DNA from: Prochlorococcus marinus str. NATL2A
Lineage (GTDB): Bacteria > Cyanobacteriota > Cyanobacteriia > PCC-6307 > Cyanobiaceae
Length of the DNA stretch: 32,000 nt
Direction: 5' to 3'
Assembly: GCF_000012465.1 (NCBI RefSeq)
Contig: NC_007335.2
Location: 1,260,001 to 1,292,000, forward strand
Part shown: piece by piece, positions 1 through 10,694 of the stretch
Numbering within the stretch: the stretch's first letter is position 1
Layout of the letters: each line of letters starts with the position of its first letter
Position numbers and translations under genes: made by a program
Notes under the pieces: model-generated
Database searches by the model: none
What the model saw: the letters and a program-made list of their open reading frames with translations, nothing else
What the model was told of the DNA's origin: nothing

Positions 1-1413
1 GTAACTGTTTATGATCTTTGTCATCTTGGTCATGCCAGAAGTTACCTTAATTGGGATGTATTGAGACGGTTTTTAATTTGGAAAGGTTTTGAAGTTAAAT
101 TTGTACAAAACTTCACTGATATTGATGACAAAATTATTAATCGAGCAAATAAAGAAGGATGTTCTACTGATGAATTAAGTGAAAGAAATATTGATGAATT
201 CCACAAAGATATGGATACTCTTTCCATTCTTAGACCAACTAGCATGCCAAGAGCAACAAAATGCCTCCATCAAATTATTAATTTCATAGAAGAATTAGAA
301 CAAAAAAAAGTAGCTTATTCATCAAATGGTGATGTTTATTTTTCAGTAGATAAACATAAAAATTATGGGAAACTTAGTGGAAGAGAAATTGAGGATCAGA
401 TAGATAATGCAGCAGGGAGATTAAAAACAAATCAAAAAGAAAGTAAAAAGAACTCGCTTGATTTTGCCCTCTGGAAAAAGTCCAACTCAGGTGAGGTTAG
501 TTATTCTTCACCTTGGGGAAACGGCAGGCCAGGTTGGCATATTGAGTGTTCAGCAATGGTTAAACAAGAATTAGGAGAAAGTATTGATATTCACCTTGGT
601 GGATCAGACCTGATATTTCCTCATCATGAGAATGAAATAGCTCAATCTGAAGCCTGTAATGGGAAAGAGTTAGCAAAATACTGGCTTCACAATGGAATGG
701 TTAATGTGGGGGGTGAAAAAATGAGTAAATCACTAGGAAATTTTACAACCATTAGGTCTTTATTAGAGGAAGATATTTCACCTATGACTTTGAGATTTTT
801 TGTGTTACAAACTAATTACCGAAAGCCCCTAGATTTTACTGAAGAAGCGCTAAAAGCTGCTTCAAAAGGCTGGGAAAGATTAAATAATTGCCTGTCTTTT
901 GGTTATATCTATAAAATTAAAGATCAATCTAAAAACGAAATCTTCCTAGATAAACCGATAAAAAAATCTGCCAACACTAAACTTGATAAAAACTCATTCA
1001 AATTATTATCAGACTTTGAAAAATATATGGATGACGACCTAAATACATCAGGAGCTTTATCTATTCTTTTTGAACTATCTCAACCAATTAGAAAGATCAT
1101 TAACTTCTTAAAAGAAAAAGATATTAATGAAGTTGATCAAGATGAATTAAATCAAGTTTTTAATAAATGGGAACTACTCTCTGAGTTAGCAGGAGTTCTG
1201 GGTTTAAAAGTAAATTTAAATCAAGAAAAACCAAAAAATAATCCTGAACTGGACACTAATAAAATTGAAGAACTTATAAAGAATAGATCCTTAGCAAAAG
1301 CTAATAAAGACTTTTTACTCGCTGATAAGATAAGAGCTGATTTGAAAAATATTGGAATTGATTTAATTGATAAACCTAAAGGGGTTACTGAATGGAAACA
1401 ACTTTCAGATTAA
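1..1413 (+). CDS. cysS: cysteine--tRNA ligase, 5'-truncated by window edge
   Basis: Frame 1 is open from nt 1 ([20 protein letters not shown]...), so the ORF-track start at 61 is internal. It carries class-I aaRS 'HLGH' and 'KMSKS' (EKMSKSLGN) motifs. Its TAA stop (1411-1413) overlaps the stop of the convergent gene. Confidence 0.93.
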   Translation, partial: VTVYDLCHLGHARSYLNWDVLRRFLIWKGFEVKFVQNFTDIDDKIINRANKEGCSTDELSERNIDEFHKDMDTLSILRPTSMPRATKCLHQIINFIEELEQKKVAYSSNGDVYFSVDKHKNYGKLSGREIEDQIDNAAGRLKTNQKESKKNSLDFALWKKSNSGEVSYSSPWGNGRPGWHIECSAMVKQELGESIDIHLGGSDLIFPHHENEIAQSEACNGKELAKYWLHNGMVNVGGEKMSKSLGNFTTIRSLLEEDISPMTLRFFVLQTNYRKPLDFTEEALKAASKGWERLNNCLSFGYIYKIKDQSKNEIFLDKPIKKSANTKLDKNSFKLLSDFEKYMDDDLNTSGALSILFELSQPIRKIINFLKEKDINEVDQDELNQVFNKWELLSELAGVLGLKVNLNQEKPKNNPELDTNKIEELIKNRSLAKANKDFLLADKIRADLKNIGIDLIDKPKGVTEWKQLSD

Positions 1414-2735
1414 GCAAATGTTTCTATTGTAGATAAGACTGTCAAATAAAGTCCAATAGCAATAACCGGTGGAGACACCCAGCGCAGCATAAACTTTAGA
1501 TACCTTCTAACTCTTAAATTAGCATTAGAATTTGCAAGATCCTCATCATAACGATTTGGAACAATCCAACCCAAAAGAATTGAAATTAGAAGGCCACCTA
1601 ATATCAAGAGTGTATTACAGATGGCATCGGACTTGCCTAAAAAGTCTGTAGAAATAGCAGACGGTATTCCAATCAAAAAGATCACTAATGTTGAAGTCCA
1701 AACGGCCTTCTTCCTACTCCAATTCAACCTGTCCATTAAAGAAGATACTGGTACTTCCATTAATGAAATCGAAGAAGTAATAGCAGCTATAAAGGCCAAT
1801 CCGAAGAAAACTGCAGCAATCAATCTCCCAAGCAATCCAAGATTTGCAAATCCAGTTGGAAGAGCGATAAATAAAGTCCCAACAGTTGATTCACTGATAA
1901 CATCTTTCAAACCAAAACTCATAACGACAGGGAATGTAATCAGGCCTGCAAGTAAACCCACAGCAGTATCCAAAGTTGCAACTCTCAAAGCTTCTTTAGG
2001 AAGATGATTTTTACGGTTTAGATATGAAGAATAGGCAACCATAATTCCAATACCCAAACTTAAAGAAAAGAAAGCTTGTTTAAACGCATTACTTATTGTG
2101 TTTTTATCAAAAAGTTGAGAGGAATCCCATTTAAGTAAAAATGATGTATACCCTTCCCATGCACCAGATAAAGTTGCAGCCCATATAGCCAATAACAAAA
2201 GGAGTCCAAATAAAAATGGCATTGCCCATTTTGTTAGTTTTTCAATACCTCCACGAACGCCTGCAACCACAACAAAAGCAGTTAACAATAAGCTGATTAT
2301 TTGACCTACAAATACACTATTACCACTGCTAATTTTACCAAAAAATTCTCCCGCCTCAGTCATATCTGAGGGTAGGCCAATAAATAAAGAATGGAAGAAA
2401 GTATCAATTGTCCATCCCATTATCACTGCGTAATAAGAAAGAATTCCACAAGAAGCTATTGCAAAAAGCCACCCTAAAGGCTTCCAATTTTCACCAGCAG
2501 CTTTAATTGGCGCAAGGAAAGGACTACTAGCAGTACTCCTGCCCAAGACCATCTCTGCCACCAAAACGGGGAGGCAAACAACTAAAACAACCAATACATA
2601 AAGGATAAGAAACGCTAGTCCCCCTCCTTGAGAGGACCTATAAGCAAAGCCCCAAAGGTTTCCAAGACCTACTGCACTACCAGCCGCTGCAAGTGCAAAC
2701 CCCAGTCCTGATCTCCATTGTTCCCTTTCTTGCAT
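1410..2735 (-). CDS. sodium-dependent transporter, SNF/NSS family
   Basis: The N-terminal '[26 protein letters not shown]' resembles the NSS-family signature. The 441 aa contain about 11-12 hydrophobic segments. Confidence 0.85.
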   Translation of the reverse strand: MQEREQWRSGLGFALAAAGSAVGLGNLWGFAYRSSQGGGLAFLILYVLVVLVVCLPVLVAEMVLGRSTASSPFLAPIKAAGENWKPLGWLFAIASCGILSYYAVIMGWTIDTFFHSLFIGLPSDMTEAGEFFGKISSGNSVFVGQIISLLLTAFVVVAGVRGGIEKLTKWAMPFLFGLLLLLAIWAATLSGAWEGYTSFLLKWDSSQLFDKNTISNAFKQAFFSLSLGIGIMVAYSSYLNRKNHLPKEALRVATLDTAVGLLAGLITFPVVMSFGLKDVISESTVGTLFIALPTGFANLGLLGRLIAAVFFGLAFIAAITSSISLMEVPVSSLMDRLNWSRKKAVWTSTLVIFLIGIPSAISTDFLGKSDAICNTLLILGGLLISILLGWIVPNRYDEDLANSNANLRVRRYLKFMLRWVSPPVIAIGLYLTVLSTIETFA

Positions 2736-2827
2736 AATAAATCTCTATTAAAATCCAGAAGAAACTGGTAAATACCTAACTGGGTTATACCTTTAAATGG
2801 GAGACTGGTCATACTTGCCTTCACAAT

Positions 2828-4066
2828 GTGAAAGCCATAAGCGTTTTAGGCTCAACAGGATCTATTGGAACTCAAACCCTTCAAATTGCAGAAGAGTTTC
2901 CTGAGCAATTCAAAATTGTTGCTCTAACAGCAGGAAAGAATCTTGATTTAGTAATCAAACAAATTGAAACTCATCAACCTGAAGTTGTTTCACTAGCAGA
3001 TGAATCGCTTTTATCAGAACTTTCTTCTCGAATTAATAGTCTCACTGAAAATAAAAAAATAGTCAAAAAGCCCTTATTGATGGCGGGAGCCGAAGGACTT
3101 AATACTGCAGCAGCTTGGGGAAGTGCAGATCTTGTTGTAACTGGAATAGTTGGCTGTGCAGGCCTCCTACCAACACTTGCAGCTATTGAAGCAGGGAAGG
3201 ACCTAGCTCTAGCAAATAAAGAAACTTTGATTGCAGCAGGACCAGTTGTAATTCCGGCTTTAAAAAAAAGCGGCAGTAGACTCTTACCTGCAGATTCAGA
3301 ACACTCAGCGATATTTCAATGTCTCCAAGGAACGCCATGGGCTGACAATGCAAGACTCTCAACTGGAATGCCTACTCCAGGATTTAAATCAATACAATTA
3401 ACTGCATCAGGGGGAGCCTTTAGAGATTGGAAAGCAGAAGATTTAGTCAAAGCAACTGTCGAGGATGCGACTAGCCATCCTAATTGGAGCATGGGAAAGA
3501 AAATAACTGTAGATTCTGCAACCCTCATGAATAAGGGACTCGAAGTCATTGAAGCGCATTATCTTTTTGGTCTTTCATATGACCAAATCGAAATCATTAT
3601 CCATCCACAAAGCATCATTCACTCGATGGTTGAATTGGATGATTCATCAGTTTTAGCTCAATTGGGATGGCCAGATATGAAGCTCCCTATTTTGTATTGC
3701 TTAAGTTGGCCTAGTCGACTTAAAACCCCATGGCCAAGATTAAAGCTTACTCAAATAGGCAATTTAACTTTTAAAGAACCAGATACTAAAAAATATCCAT
3801 GTATGGAACTTGCTTACAGCGCAGGAAAATCAGGGGGGACAATGCCAGCAGTGCTTAATGCAGCTAATGAAAAAGCAGTAGAACTTTTTCTAGAAGAAAG
3901 GTTTAAATTTATCGATATTCCAAAAGTAATTGAGGCGATTTGCGAGAAACATAAATGCGACCTAAATCTAAATCCAAGCCTCAGTGAAATTCTTGAAATT
4001 GACAACTGGGCAAGAGAAGAAGTCTTAGATTATTCAGAAAAAAATATTACAAAAATGCAGTTTTAG
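2828..4066 (+). CDS. dxr: 1-deoxy-D-xylulose 5-phosphate reductoisomerase
   Basis: GTG start. Motifs '[11 protein letters not shown]', 'LANKE', 'DSEHSAIFQ' and 'NKGLEVIEA' are typical of Dxr. Confidence 0.95.
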   Translation: MKAISVLGSTGSIGTQTLQIAEEFPEQFKIVALTAGKNLDLVIKQIETHQPEVVSLADESLLSELSSRINSLTENKKIVKKPLLMAGAEGLNTAAAWGSADLVVTGIVGCAGLLPTLAAIEAGKDLALANKETLIAAGPVVIPALKKSGSRLLPADSEHSAIFQCLQGTPWADNARLSTGMPTPGFKSIQLTASGGAFRDWKAEDLVKATVEDATSHPNWSMGKKITVDSATLMNKGLEVIEAHYLFGLSYDQIEIIIHPQSIIHSMVELDDSSVLAQLGWPDMKLPILYCLSWPSRLKTPWPRLKLTQIGNLTFKEPDTKKYPCMELAYSAGKSGGTMPAVLNAANEKAVELFLEERFKFIDIPKVIEAICEKHKCDLNLNPSLSEILEIDNWAREEVLDYSEKNITKMQF

Positions 4067-4067
4067 A

Positions 4068-5174
4068 TTAAATAGTTTTCAAAGATAAAAACCACTTACA
4101 AACAACTTGATCCCCCCAGCATCCTTCCTTGCCATGAAATCCATTGTGTCCACCTTTCTGAGTAAAAATAAATTGATTGATTTTTTGATCATTCGAAAAT
4201 TTCATTTTTTCCATTAGTTTTTCAGCAGCTAAACAAGGAACCCAAGGATCATCTTTAGATTGAATAAATAATGTTTTAGGAAGAGATTTTTCATTCTTAA
4301 TAAGAGAGAAAAAAGGAGATGCGTTCGCATAATATTCCTCAACGTTTTTATATCCCCATCTAGGAGCAGTTATAAAATTATCAAAAGATCTAATATCATT
4401 TATTTTTCTTTTTTTATCTTTTTTATTTATTACTAATGCATTTCTTTCTATTTCTTCTATCCCAAAAGGATCTTCTAAAGTTTGTCTAATCAAACGATTT
4501 AACAACCATTTTTGATAAATAAAATTTCTCGGTCTTTCAATAGAAGAACTACATTCATGTAAATCCAAAGGACTACTTATACATACCAATCCATCCAACA
4601 AAGATTCATTACCCATACAAGCATTTAAAAGAATAGTTCCACCTAAAGAGATACCCGCTCCAAAAAGAGGAATATTTTTTACACATCCATACTCATTAGT
4701 TAATTGAAATGAAATCTCTCTCGCACGTCTTAAAACAGGAATCAAATCACTATTGCACTCTGCAGCATAGGTACCATCGACATAATTCCTACAAGGATCT
4801 GAACCTCTCAAATTAAGTTTCAAAACAGCAAAATTTGACTGCACCAAAGCACTGGCCATCCTAGTCAAGCCTCTTCTGCGAGAAGAGCCTCCCAGTCCAT
4901 GCAGAAGAAGAACTAAACCATTAAGACTAGAAGTAATTGGTGGTTTATCCAAGTATGCAACTAATGATCCACCCCCTGTTTTTCTACTCTTAAGAGGTGG
5001 GACATTTATACGAATTTCAGATGAATTGGCATAAGGCAATTCATCTGAAGCGAAGGTATCTCTAAGTGTCTGAAGATCAGGACCAATCCATGGAATGCGC
5101 TCCTTGAATGGTTGTAGTCCTAAGTCTGAAAGTAACTCCTCTCTTTTCAAATTATCCTTTGCTACCAACTCCAA
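4068..5174 (-). CDS. alpha/beta-fold hydrolase (YheT-like)
   Basis: Nucleophile elbow 'GISLGG', an 'LLHGLGG' oxyanion region and a C-terminal 'GGHNGF'. The start is uncertain: the codon at 5174 is TTG, it overlaps the pntB 3' end by 23 nt, and there is no early in-frame ATG. Confidence 0.7.
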   Translation of the reverse strand: MELVAKDNLKREELLSDLGLQPFKERIPWIGPDLQTLRDTFASDELPYANSSEIRINVPPLKSRKTGGGSLVAYLDKPPITSSLNGLVLLLHGLGGSSRRRGLTRMASALVQSNFAVLKLNLRGSDPCRNYVDGTYAAECNSDLIPVLRRAREISFQLTNEYGCVKNIPLFGAGISLGGTILLNACMGNESLLDGLVCISSPLDLHECSSSIERPRNFIYQKWLLNRLIRQTLEDPFGIEEIERNALVINKKDKKRKINDIRSFDNFITAPRWGYKNVEEYYANASPFFSLIKNEKSLPKTLFIQSKDDPWVPCLAAEKLMEKMKFSNDQKINQFIFTQKGGHNGFHGKEGCWGDQVVCKWFLSLKTI

Positions 5175-6588
5175 GATCCTTTAGTTCCAATAAAAGATCA
5201 CCAAGAACTTTTTTTGCATCTCCAAAGACCATAGAAGTATTAGGCAGGTCAAAAAGATCGTTTTTTATACCTGAATATCCAGCGCTCATTCCTCTTTTAA
5301 CAACAAAAACAGTTCTCGCTTCTTGAACATCTAAAACCGGCATTCCATAAAGAGGGGAAGACTGATCAGTCTTAGCCTGTGGATTAACCACATCATTTGC
5401 TCCTAAAACCAATACAACATCCGTAGCAGGGAATTCAGGATTAATTACATCCATTTCTTTTAGTTGCTCGTAAGGTACATCTGCTTCCGCCAAAAGAACA
5501 TTCATATGACCAGGCATCCTTCCAGCGACAGGATGAATGGCATAGGTGACTTCAATTTCGGCATTTTCTAAAACTCTGGTGACTTCCCTAAGAGTGTGCT
5601 GAGCCTGAGCAACGGCAAGGCCATAACCTGGAACAATTACAACTCTCTCTGCAGCCTCGAGAGACAGTGCACATTCTTCTGGGCTGCAGCTAGTGATGTT
5701 TGTATACTCTCCACCTCCTCCCGAAGCAACTGAACTAGAACCAAGTGCACCGCCAAACAAGACCGAAACTAAAGATCTATTCATTCCATCGCACATTACC
5801 TGTGTAAGTATTAGCCCAGCAGCTCCAACCATTGCACCAGCAACAATCAAAAGTTGACTACCAACGACGAATCCAGCCGCTGCTGCTGCAACCCCTGAGT
5901 AGCTGTTCAGTAGAGATATGACTACTGGCATATCTGCCCCACCAATGGGAAGAGTTACTCCAATACCAAGCAAAGACGAGGCAATTACAATAAGAAAAAG
6001 GCCATTTTGTCCATCGATTGAAAGATAGATTCCACCGATCAAAGCAAGAACAGCGCAAAAAATATTGAAAAAATGCCTAGCCTTACTTTGGGTCCAAGAA
6101 GGAGTAGACAGCCAGCCCTGAAGCTTAGCCATTGCAACTATTGATCCGGAGAATGTAATAGCTCCTACAAAGAGTGAAACGACTATTGAAAAATTCCTAA
6201 TAAGTTCACCCACAACGCCATCAGAGCCGTCTGAGGATGGGAACAAAGCCACACCAAGTGCGACCAATAACGATGACATCCCACCACAACCGTTAAACAA
6301 AGCAACTATCTCAGGCATTGCAGTCATTGGAACCCTTTTAGCCGTTAAAGCTCCTAAAAGCCCTCCAATTAAAGTTCCACAAATTATCCAAATCCAAGAG
6401 TTAATAGAAATCCCTATGGTGCCTTGAGAGTTAAGCAACACCCCAAAAGCAGCCAACATCATCGCAATACCGGCAAGCCTATTTGCCTCTCTTGCTGATC
6501 TAACTTTTGAAAGGCCTTTAATGCCTAAAGCAAGCAATAAAACTGCCAGTAGATCAATAGCAAACTTAATGGGAGCAATAAAAGTCAT
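5152..6588 (-). CDS. pntB: NAD(P) transhydrogenase subunit beta
   Basis: 478 aa with a polytopic N-terminal half and a C-terminal dIII-like NADP(H) domain ('VIVPGYGLAVAQAQH', 'AIHPVAGRMPGHMNVLLAEA'). It sits directly downstream of the two alpha-subunit genes. Confidence 0.93.
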   Translation of the reverse strand: MTFIAPIKFAIDLLAVLLLALGIKGLSKVRSAREANRLAGIAMMLAAFGVLLNSQGTIGISINSWIWIICGTLIGGLLGALTAKRVPMTAMPEIVALFNGCGGMSSLLVALGVALFPSSDGSDGVVGELIRNFSIVVSLFVGAITFSGSIVAMAKLQGWLSTPSWTQSKARHFFNIFCAVLALIGGIYLSIDGQNGLFLIVIASSLLGIGVTLPIGGADMPVVISLLNSYSGVAAAAAGFVVGSQLLIVAGAMVGAAGLILTQVMCDGMNRSLVSVLFGGALGSSSVASGGGGEYTNITSCSPEECALSLEAAERVVIVPGYGLAVAQAQHTLREVTRVLENAEIEVTYAIHPVAGRMPGHMNVLLAEADVPYEQLKEMDVINPEFPATDVVLVLGANDVVNPQAKTDQSSPLYGMPVLDVQEARTVFVVKRGMSAGYSGIKNDLFDLPNTSMVFGDAKKVLGDLLLELKDLGVGSKG

Positions 6589-6599
6589 AAGAGATAATC

Positions 6600-6893
6600 C
6601 TATTTACGAGTTTTTTTACGACTAAACATTGCAAGCATCCTGTCTGTAACCAAAAAGCCACCAATCACATTGAACAAAGCGAATCCAAGAGATATTGAGC
6701 CAATTATTAGTAGAGGTAAGTTGTCTCCTGATTTTATTATTAATGTTAAAGCTGCCAACATGGTGATGCCTGAGATTGCATTTGCTCCACTCATTAATGG
6801 AGTATGCAAAGTTGGAGGGACCTTACCTATGAGCTCCAAACCCAATAAGCTTCCGAGTAGCAGCACCCAAAGAGCTTCACTAAAAAAACTCAT
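6600..6893 (-). CDS. pntAB: NAD(P) transhydrogenase alpha subunit, membrane part (split-alpha arrangement)
   Basis: 97 aa with three hydrophobic helices. Its ATG (6891-6893) overlaps the TGA of the upstream gene (ATGA at 6890-6893). Confidence 0.85.
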   Translation of the reverse strand: MSFFSEALWVLLLGSLLGLELIGKVPPTLHTPLMSGANAISGITMLAALTLIIKSGDNLPLLIIGSISLGFALFNVIGGFLVTDRMLAMFSRKKTRK

Positions 6894-8035
6894 GACCTAG
6901 TTCCTCCATTCTCAATAATTTCAGATTTAAGTATTACCCCATCCTTACTAATCAAAGAACCAGCAATAAGCTCATCATCGTTATCAATCAAAAACTTACC
7001 CTCTTTAAACATTGGTTGGAGAAGAGACAATAAATTCCTTGAATATAGAGAACTAGCATGATTTGGAATTGAACAGGGGAGATTAGAAGCACCAATAATC
7101 TTCACACCTTCTCTAACAATAGTTTCTCCTGGTTTTGAGCATGCGCAATTTCCACCACTTAGAACAGCAAGATCAATTACTACAGAACCAGGACGCATGT
7201 CATCCAACATTTTTTCATCAATGAGTTTGGGGGCTTTTTTGCCCGGCACCTGAGCAGTGCAAATTGCTACGTCAGCTTCAGATAATTGTTTTGCCAATTC
7301 TTTTCTTTGAGCAACTATAAATTCATCAGAGACTTGTTTTGCGTATCCACCTGACTCTGATGGGGTTTCGTCAATCTTTGGAAGTTCAATAAATCTTGCT
7401 CCTAGTGATTCAACTTGCTCCTTTACAGCCTCACGAATATCACTCACATAAACAACAGCGCCTAGTCTTTTGGCTGTTGCAATAGCTTGAAGCCCAGCTA
7501 CCCCAGCACCTAAAACAACAATTTTCGAAGGCTGAATAGTACCAGCAGCCGTCATTAACATTGGAAAATATCGGTCAAGAGCGCTTGCCGCTAAAAGTAC
7601 AGATTTGTAACCAGCAATATTTGCCTGGGAAGACAATGCATCAGATGATTGAGCTCTGCTAATTCGAGGGAGCAACTCCAATGCTATTGCAGAAATATTT
7701 TTAGATTTTAATGTTTCGGCTAATAATTTATTTCCGTAAGGGTTCAAAAGACCAACAAGAAAAGATCCTGGTTTTAAATGCGAAAGAAATTTTTCGTTAG
7801 GAGGTTGGACACATAGAACAATGTCAACAATTTTTTTTACTTCATCGTTCTCTATTTCAACTAATTCAGCCCCAGCGTCCATGTAAGTATCATCTAAAAA
7901 GCCTGCAGCCTTTCCTGCACCTTTTTCAAAAAACACTTTACAACCCAAGTCCAAAAACTTTTTAACGGTCTCTGGAGTAGCTGAAACGCGTGTTTCTCCT
8001 AAAGCTGATTCAAAGGGAATTAAGAAACTGACCAA
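6890..8035 (-). CDS. pntAA: NAD(P) transhydrogenase alpha subunit, soluble dI part
   Basis: Alanine-dehydrogenase/PNT-like fold with Rossmann motif 'VLGAGVAGLQAIATAKRLGA'. The start codon at 8035 is TTG, so the exact start is uncertain. Confidence 0.92.
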   Translation of the reverse strand: MVSFLIPFESALGETRVSATPETVKKFLDLGCKVFFEKGAGKAAGFLDDTYMDAGAELVEIENDEVKKIVDIVLCVQPPNEKFLSHLKPGSFLVGLLNPYGNKLLAETLKSKNISAIALELLPRISRAQSSDALSSQANIAGYKSVLLAASALDRYFPMLMTAAGTIQPSKIVVLGAGVAGLQAIATAKRLGAVVYVSDIREAVKEQVESLGARFIELPKIDETPSESGGYAKQVSDEFIVAQRKELAKQLSEADVAICTAQVPGKKAPKLIDEKMLDDMRPGSVVIDLAVLSGGNCACSKPGETIVREGVKIIGASNLPCSIPNHASSLYSRNLLSLLQPMFKEGKFLIDNDDELIAGSLISKDGVILKSEIIENGGTRS

Positions 8036-8063
8036 AGTAAAAAAATTTATCCTCTTAAAGATT

Positions 8064-8095
8064 AGGGGAGTAAACGATTAGAGGAGTAAACGTTT
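8064..8095. repeat. tandem 16-bp direct repeat (AGGGGAGTAAACGATT / AGAGGAGTAAACGTTT)
   Basis: 14 of 16 positions are identical, with a perfect 10-mer GGAGTAAACG at 8067-8076 and 8083-8092. It lies in the divergent intergenic region between pntAA and ORF 8185. Confidence 0.9.
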
Positions 8096-8184
8096 GAATA
8101 CCAGCATTTTTAGTTAAGAAAGGTTTTCGTAATAGTTTTTTTTGGCTATGAAGTATTTGAGAAAAAAGTTATCGATCAGAAAAA

Positions 8185-8763
8185 ATGAGCCTTACCGCGA
8201 TCGAATGTCCAGATGGTGTATGTCATAGCCATCACGGTGGCCATGCTGTTCCCAGAACAGCCATGCAAAAGAATCTTCAAAGTCACGGGAAAGAGTGGTG
8301 CGAGCGCTTAGCAGAACGAATTTATGAAATGTCTGTAGACACCTACTCCCAAACAGTCATGCCTAGCCTTCATTCATCTGGATGGCAAAGAAAGCATCTT
8401 GACTGGGAATTCAAGCTAGCGAATAAAGAATCTGAGCCTGACGAAGCGTTGGTAGAGGGAATCATTAATGCCACTGAAAGTTTTTTGAGAAGCAGTGAAG
8501 TTCATCGCTTATTTATACAAGAACTTGTTCAAGGAACGTTTGCCGAAGCAAAGGATGACAGATTGCCATCTAAAGCTGTCAGAAAAGTAATTGAAAATGA
8601 AATAATAGTAATGATCGAAGGGAAGAAAGAAGAATTAACAAATAGGATTGCTAAGGCATTGGAAGAAGAAGCGAAAGGAGACTTAGACTTAGCAAAGAAT
8701 GCAGCTATTGAAGGTATTAATGATGTTGAAAAACTATTGATAAATCATACAGAGGCAGTTTAA
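8185..8763 (+). CDS. hypothetical protein with Cys/His-rich N-terminus
   Basis: A clean 192-aa ORF with an ATG start and no recognised domain. N-terminus 'CPDGVCHSHHGGH'; the C-terminal half is Glu/Lys-rich and helical-looking. Confidence 0.55.
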   Translation: MSLTAIECPDGVCHSHHGGHAVPRTAMQKNLQSHGKEWCERLAERIYEMSVDTYSQTVMPSLHSSGWQRKHLDWEFKLANKESEPDEALVEGIINATESFLRSSEVHRLFIQELVQGTFAEAKDDRLPSKAVRKVIENEIIVMIEGKKEELTNRIAKALEEEAKGDLDLAKNAAIEGINDVEKLLINHTEAV

Positions 8764-8940
8764 TCAGCCAGGTAATCAGTATAAATATATTCCTTAGATT
8801 TAATGTTAATATCTTTGTCAACAAACTTTTAGCCACCCCATTGGTAATTATAAAGAAAATCTAAAATCTTAAGTGATAATTTCGTTTTCCAGACAAAACG
8901 CTAATTTGTACCAAAAAACACAAGTTAACCTCCCGTCGGC

Positions 8941-9201
8941 ATGTCAATGTGTGCTCGTTGGGGATTAATCATGAATGCTTCTTTCAATAAGAGAATAAGT
9001 ATTGCGAGCTGTTGGGCTGCAAGCCGAATAGCTTTACTTGATAGCGTGGAAAGGTACGAAGATAGTTACGCTATCAGCCAAGAATTTTGTGAATGGATTA
9101 CTTGTATAAACACCTACCCTGAGGGTGTAAAAGCATCAACTTTAAAGGTTCCTGACTTTCAAAGAGAAAATTTTGATGCTGATGAACTTTTAGAACGTTG
9201 A
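8941..9201 (+). CDS. small hypothetical protein (shares 'AIxQE[FY]xEWIxCI' motif with ORF 28680-28874)
   Basis: ORF track only. The start could be the internal ATG at 8971 (MNASF...). Motif match to a second ORF in the window. Confidence 0.4.
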   Translation: MSMCARWGLIMNASFNKRISIASCWAASRIALLDSVERYEDSYAISQEFCEWITCINTYPEGVKASTLKVPDFQRENFDADELLER

Positions 9202-9306
9202 TTCTAAATAAATTTGAGATGAAAAAATAATCCAAGTTATTAATGCTTTAAATACACTTTCACGATTTTTTCTTATATCGTATAAATCAGTTTGATTTGG
9301 TATTAC

Positions 9307-10683
9307 ATGCCAGCCGAGAACAAAGAATTAAAAACTGAAAATTTAGTAATTATAGGTTCAGGACCCGCTGGATATACCGCTGCTATCTATGCGGCAAGAG
9401 CAAATCTACAACCGCTTATTATTACTGGGTTTGAAAAAGGGGGAATTCCAGGTGGTCAATTAATGACAACAACATTTGTAGAGAATTTCCCAGGTTTTCC
9501 AAATGGAGTTCAAGGTCCAGAATTGATGGATTTAATAAAAGCACAAGCTGTGAGATGGGGAACAAATCTAATTGAAGAAGATGCCATATCAATTGATCTA
9601 AGCAAAAGACCCTTTTCTATTGTTACTACTACCCAAAAAATCAAAACAAACTCCTTAATTATTTCCACCGGAGCAAGCGCCAATCGTCTAGGCCTTAAAA
9701 ATGAGAAATTATTTTGGAGTAAGGGTATTAGTGCCTGTGCAATTTGCGATGGAGCAACACCTCAATTTAGAGATGAGGAACTTGCCGTAGTTGGAGGAGG
9801 GGACTCGGCTTGTGAAGAAGCCGAATATCTAACAAAATATGGAAGCCATGTACATTTGTTAGTCAGATCAAGGAAACTTAGGGCTTCAGCTGCAATGGCC
9901 GATCGAGTAGAAGCAAATCCCAACATTACGATTCATTGGGAGACAGAGCTTTTAGATGTTTTGGGTAATGATTGGCTAGAGAAATTAAAAGTTAAAAGAA
10001 GAGACACTAACCAAGAAGAAGAAATTTTAGCTAAGGGACTTTTTTATGCAATTGGACATACTCCCAACACGTCTTTATTTACAAATCAGTTAAGTACAGA
10101 CTCAAAAGGTTACTTACTAACACAACCTGGAAGACCTGAAACCTCATTAGAAGGCGTCTATGCCGCTGGAGATGTTGCTGATTCGGAATGGCGTCAAGGT
10201 GTTACTGCGGCAGGCAGCGGTTGCAAAGCAGCTTTAGCTGCTGAAAGATGGCTCACAAAAAACAACTTAGCAACACTTATAAAAAGGGTTGAATTAGAGC
10301 CCTCAAAGGCTGATACAACAAAAATTTTAGAAGTTAGTAACGAGGCAAATTTCGACCCCGAGAAGACATGGCAAAAGGGAAGTTATGCACTAAGAAAGTT
10401 ATATCATGAGACAGAAAAACCTCTCTTCGTAGTTTACACATCCAGTAGCTGTGGCCCTTGTCACATTCTCAAGCCCCAACTTCATAGAGTTCTTAACGAG
10501 TCAAAAGGGAAAGCTATAGGTGTTGAAATTGATATTGAAAACGACCAAGATATTGCCAAGCAAGCTGAAGTAAGCGGTACTCCAACAGTACATCTTTTTA
10601 AAAATAAGGAATTAAAAAAACAATGGAAAGGTGTTAAAACAAGAAGTGAATATAAAGCCGCATTGGATGAACTAATTAATTAG
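9307..10683 (+). CDS. ntrC: NADPH-dependent thioredoxin reductase fused to thioredoxin (NTRC type)
   Basis: N-terminal TrxR module ('[16 protein letters not shown]', redox 'CAICDG', '[10 protein letters not shown]') joined to a C-terminal thioredoxin module with 'CGPC'. I prefer the ATG at 9307 to the TTG at 9292. Confidence 0.88.
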   Translation: MPAENKELKTENLVIIGSGPAGYTAAIYAARANLQPLIITGFEKGGIPGGQLMTTTFVENFPGFPNGVQGPELMDLIKAQAVRWGTNLIEEDAISIDLSKRPFSIVTTTQKIKTNSLIISTGASANRLGLKNEKLFWSKGISACAICDGATPQFRDEELAVVGGGDSACEEAEYLTKYGSHVHLLVRSRKLRASAAMADRVEANPNITIHWETELLDVLGNDWLEKLKVKRRDTNQEEEILAKGLFYAIGHTPNTSLFTNQLSTDSKGYLLTQPGRPETSLEGVYAAGDVADSEWRQGVTAAGSGCKAALAAERWLTKNNLATLIKRVELEPSKADTTKILEVSNEANFDPEKTWQKGSYALRKLYHETEKPLFVVYTSSSCGPCHILKPQLHRVLNESKGKAIGVEIDIENDQDIAKQAEVSGTPTVHLFKNKELKKQWKGVKTRSEYKAALDELIN

Positions 10684-10694
10684 CGATTCAAGGT

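Noticed and set aside
1410-1413. Overlapping stop codons of convergent cysS and the SNF transporter (TTAA)
   Set aside because: It is real but merely reflects genome compaction, with no functional implication that I can support.
1621-2007. 128-aa plus-strand ORF inside the SNF transporter gene. The same class covers 42-245, 3316-3549, 3814-4005, 5108-5326, 5858-6058, 6670-6900, 15494-15712, 16147-16365, 16425-16625, 18135-18359, 21300-21494, 23942-24181 and 25749-25985.
   Set aside because: Each is fully or largely embedded antisense or out of frame in a confidently identified gene (or spans terminators, as 23942-24181 does). None has a recognisable motif, so these are shadow ORFs.
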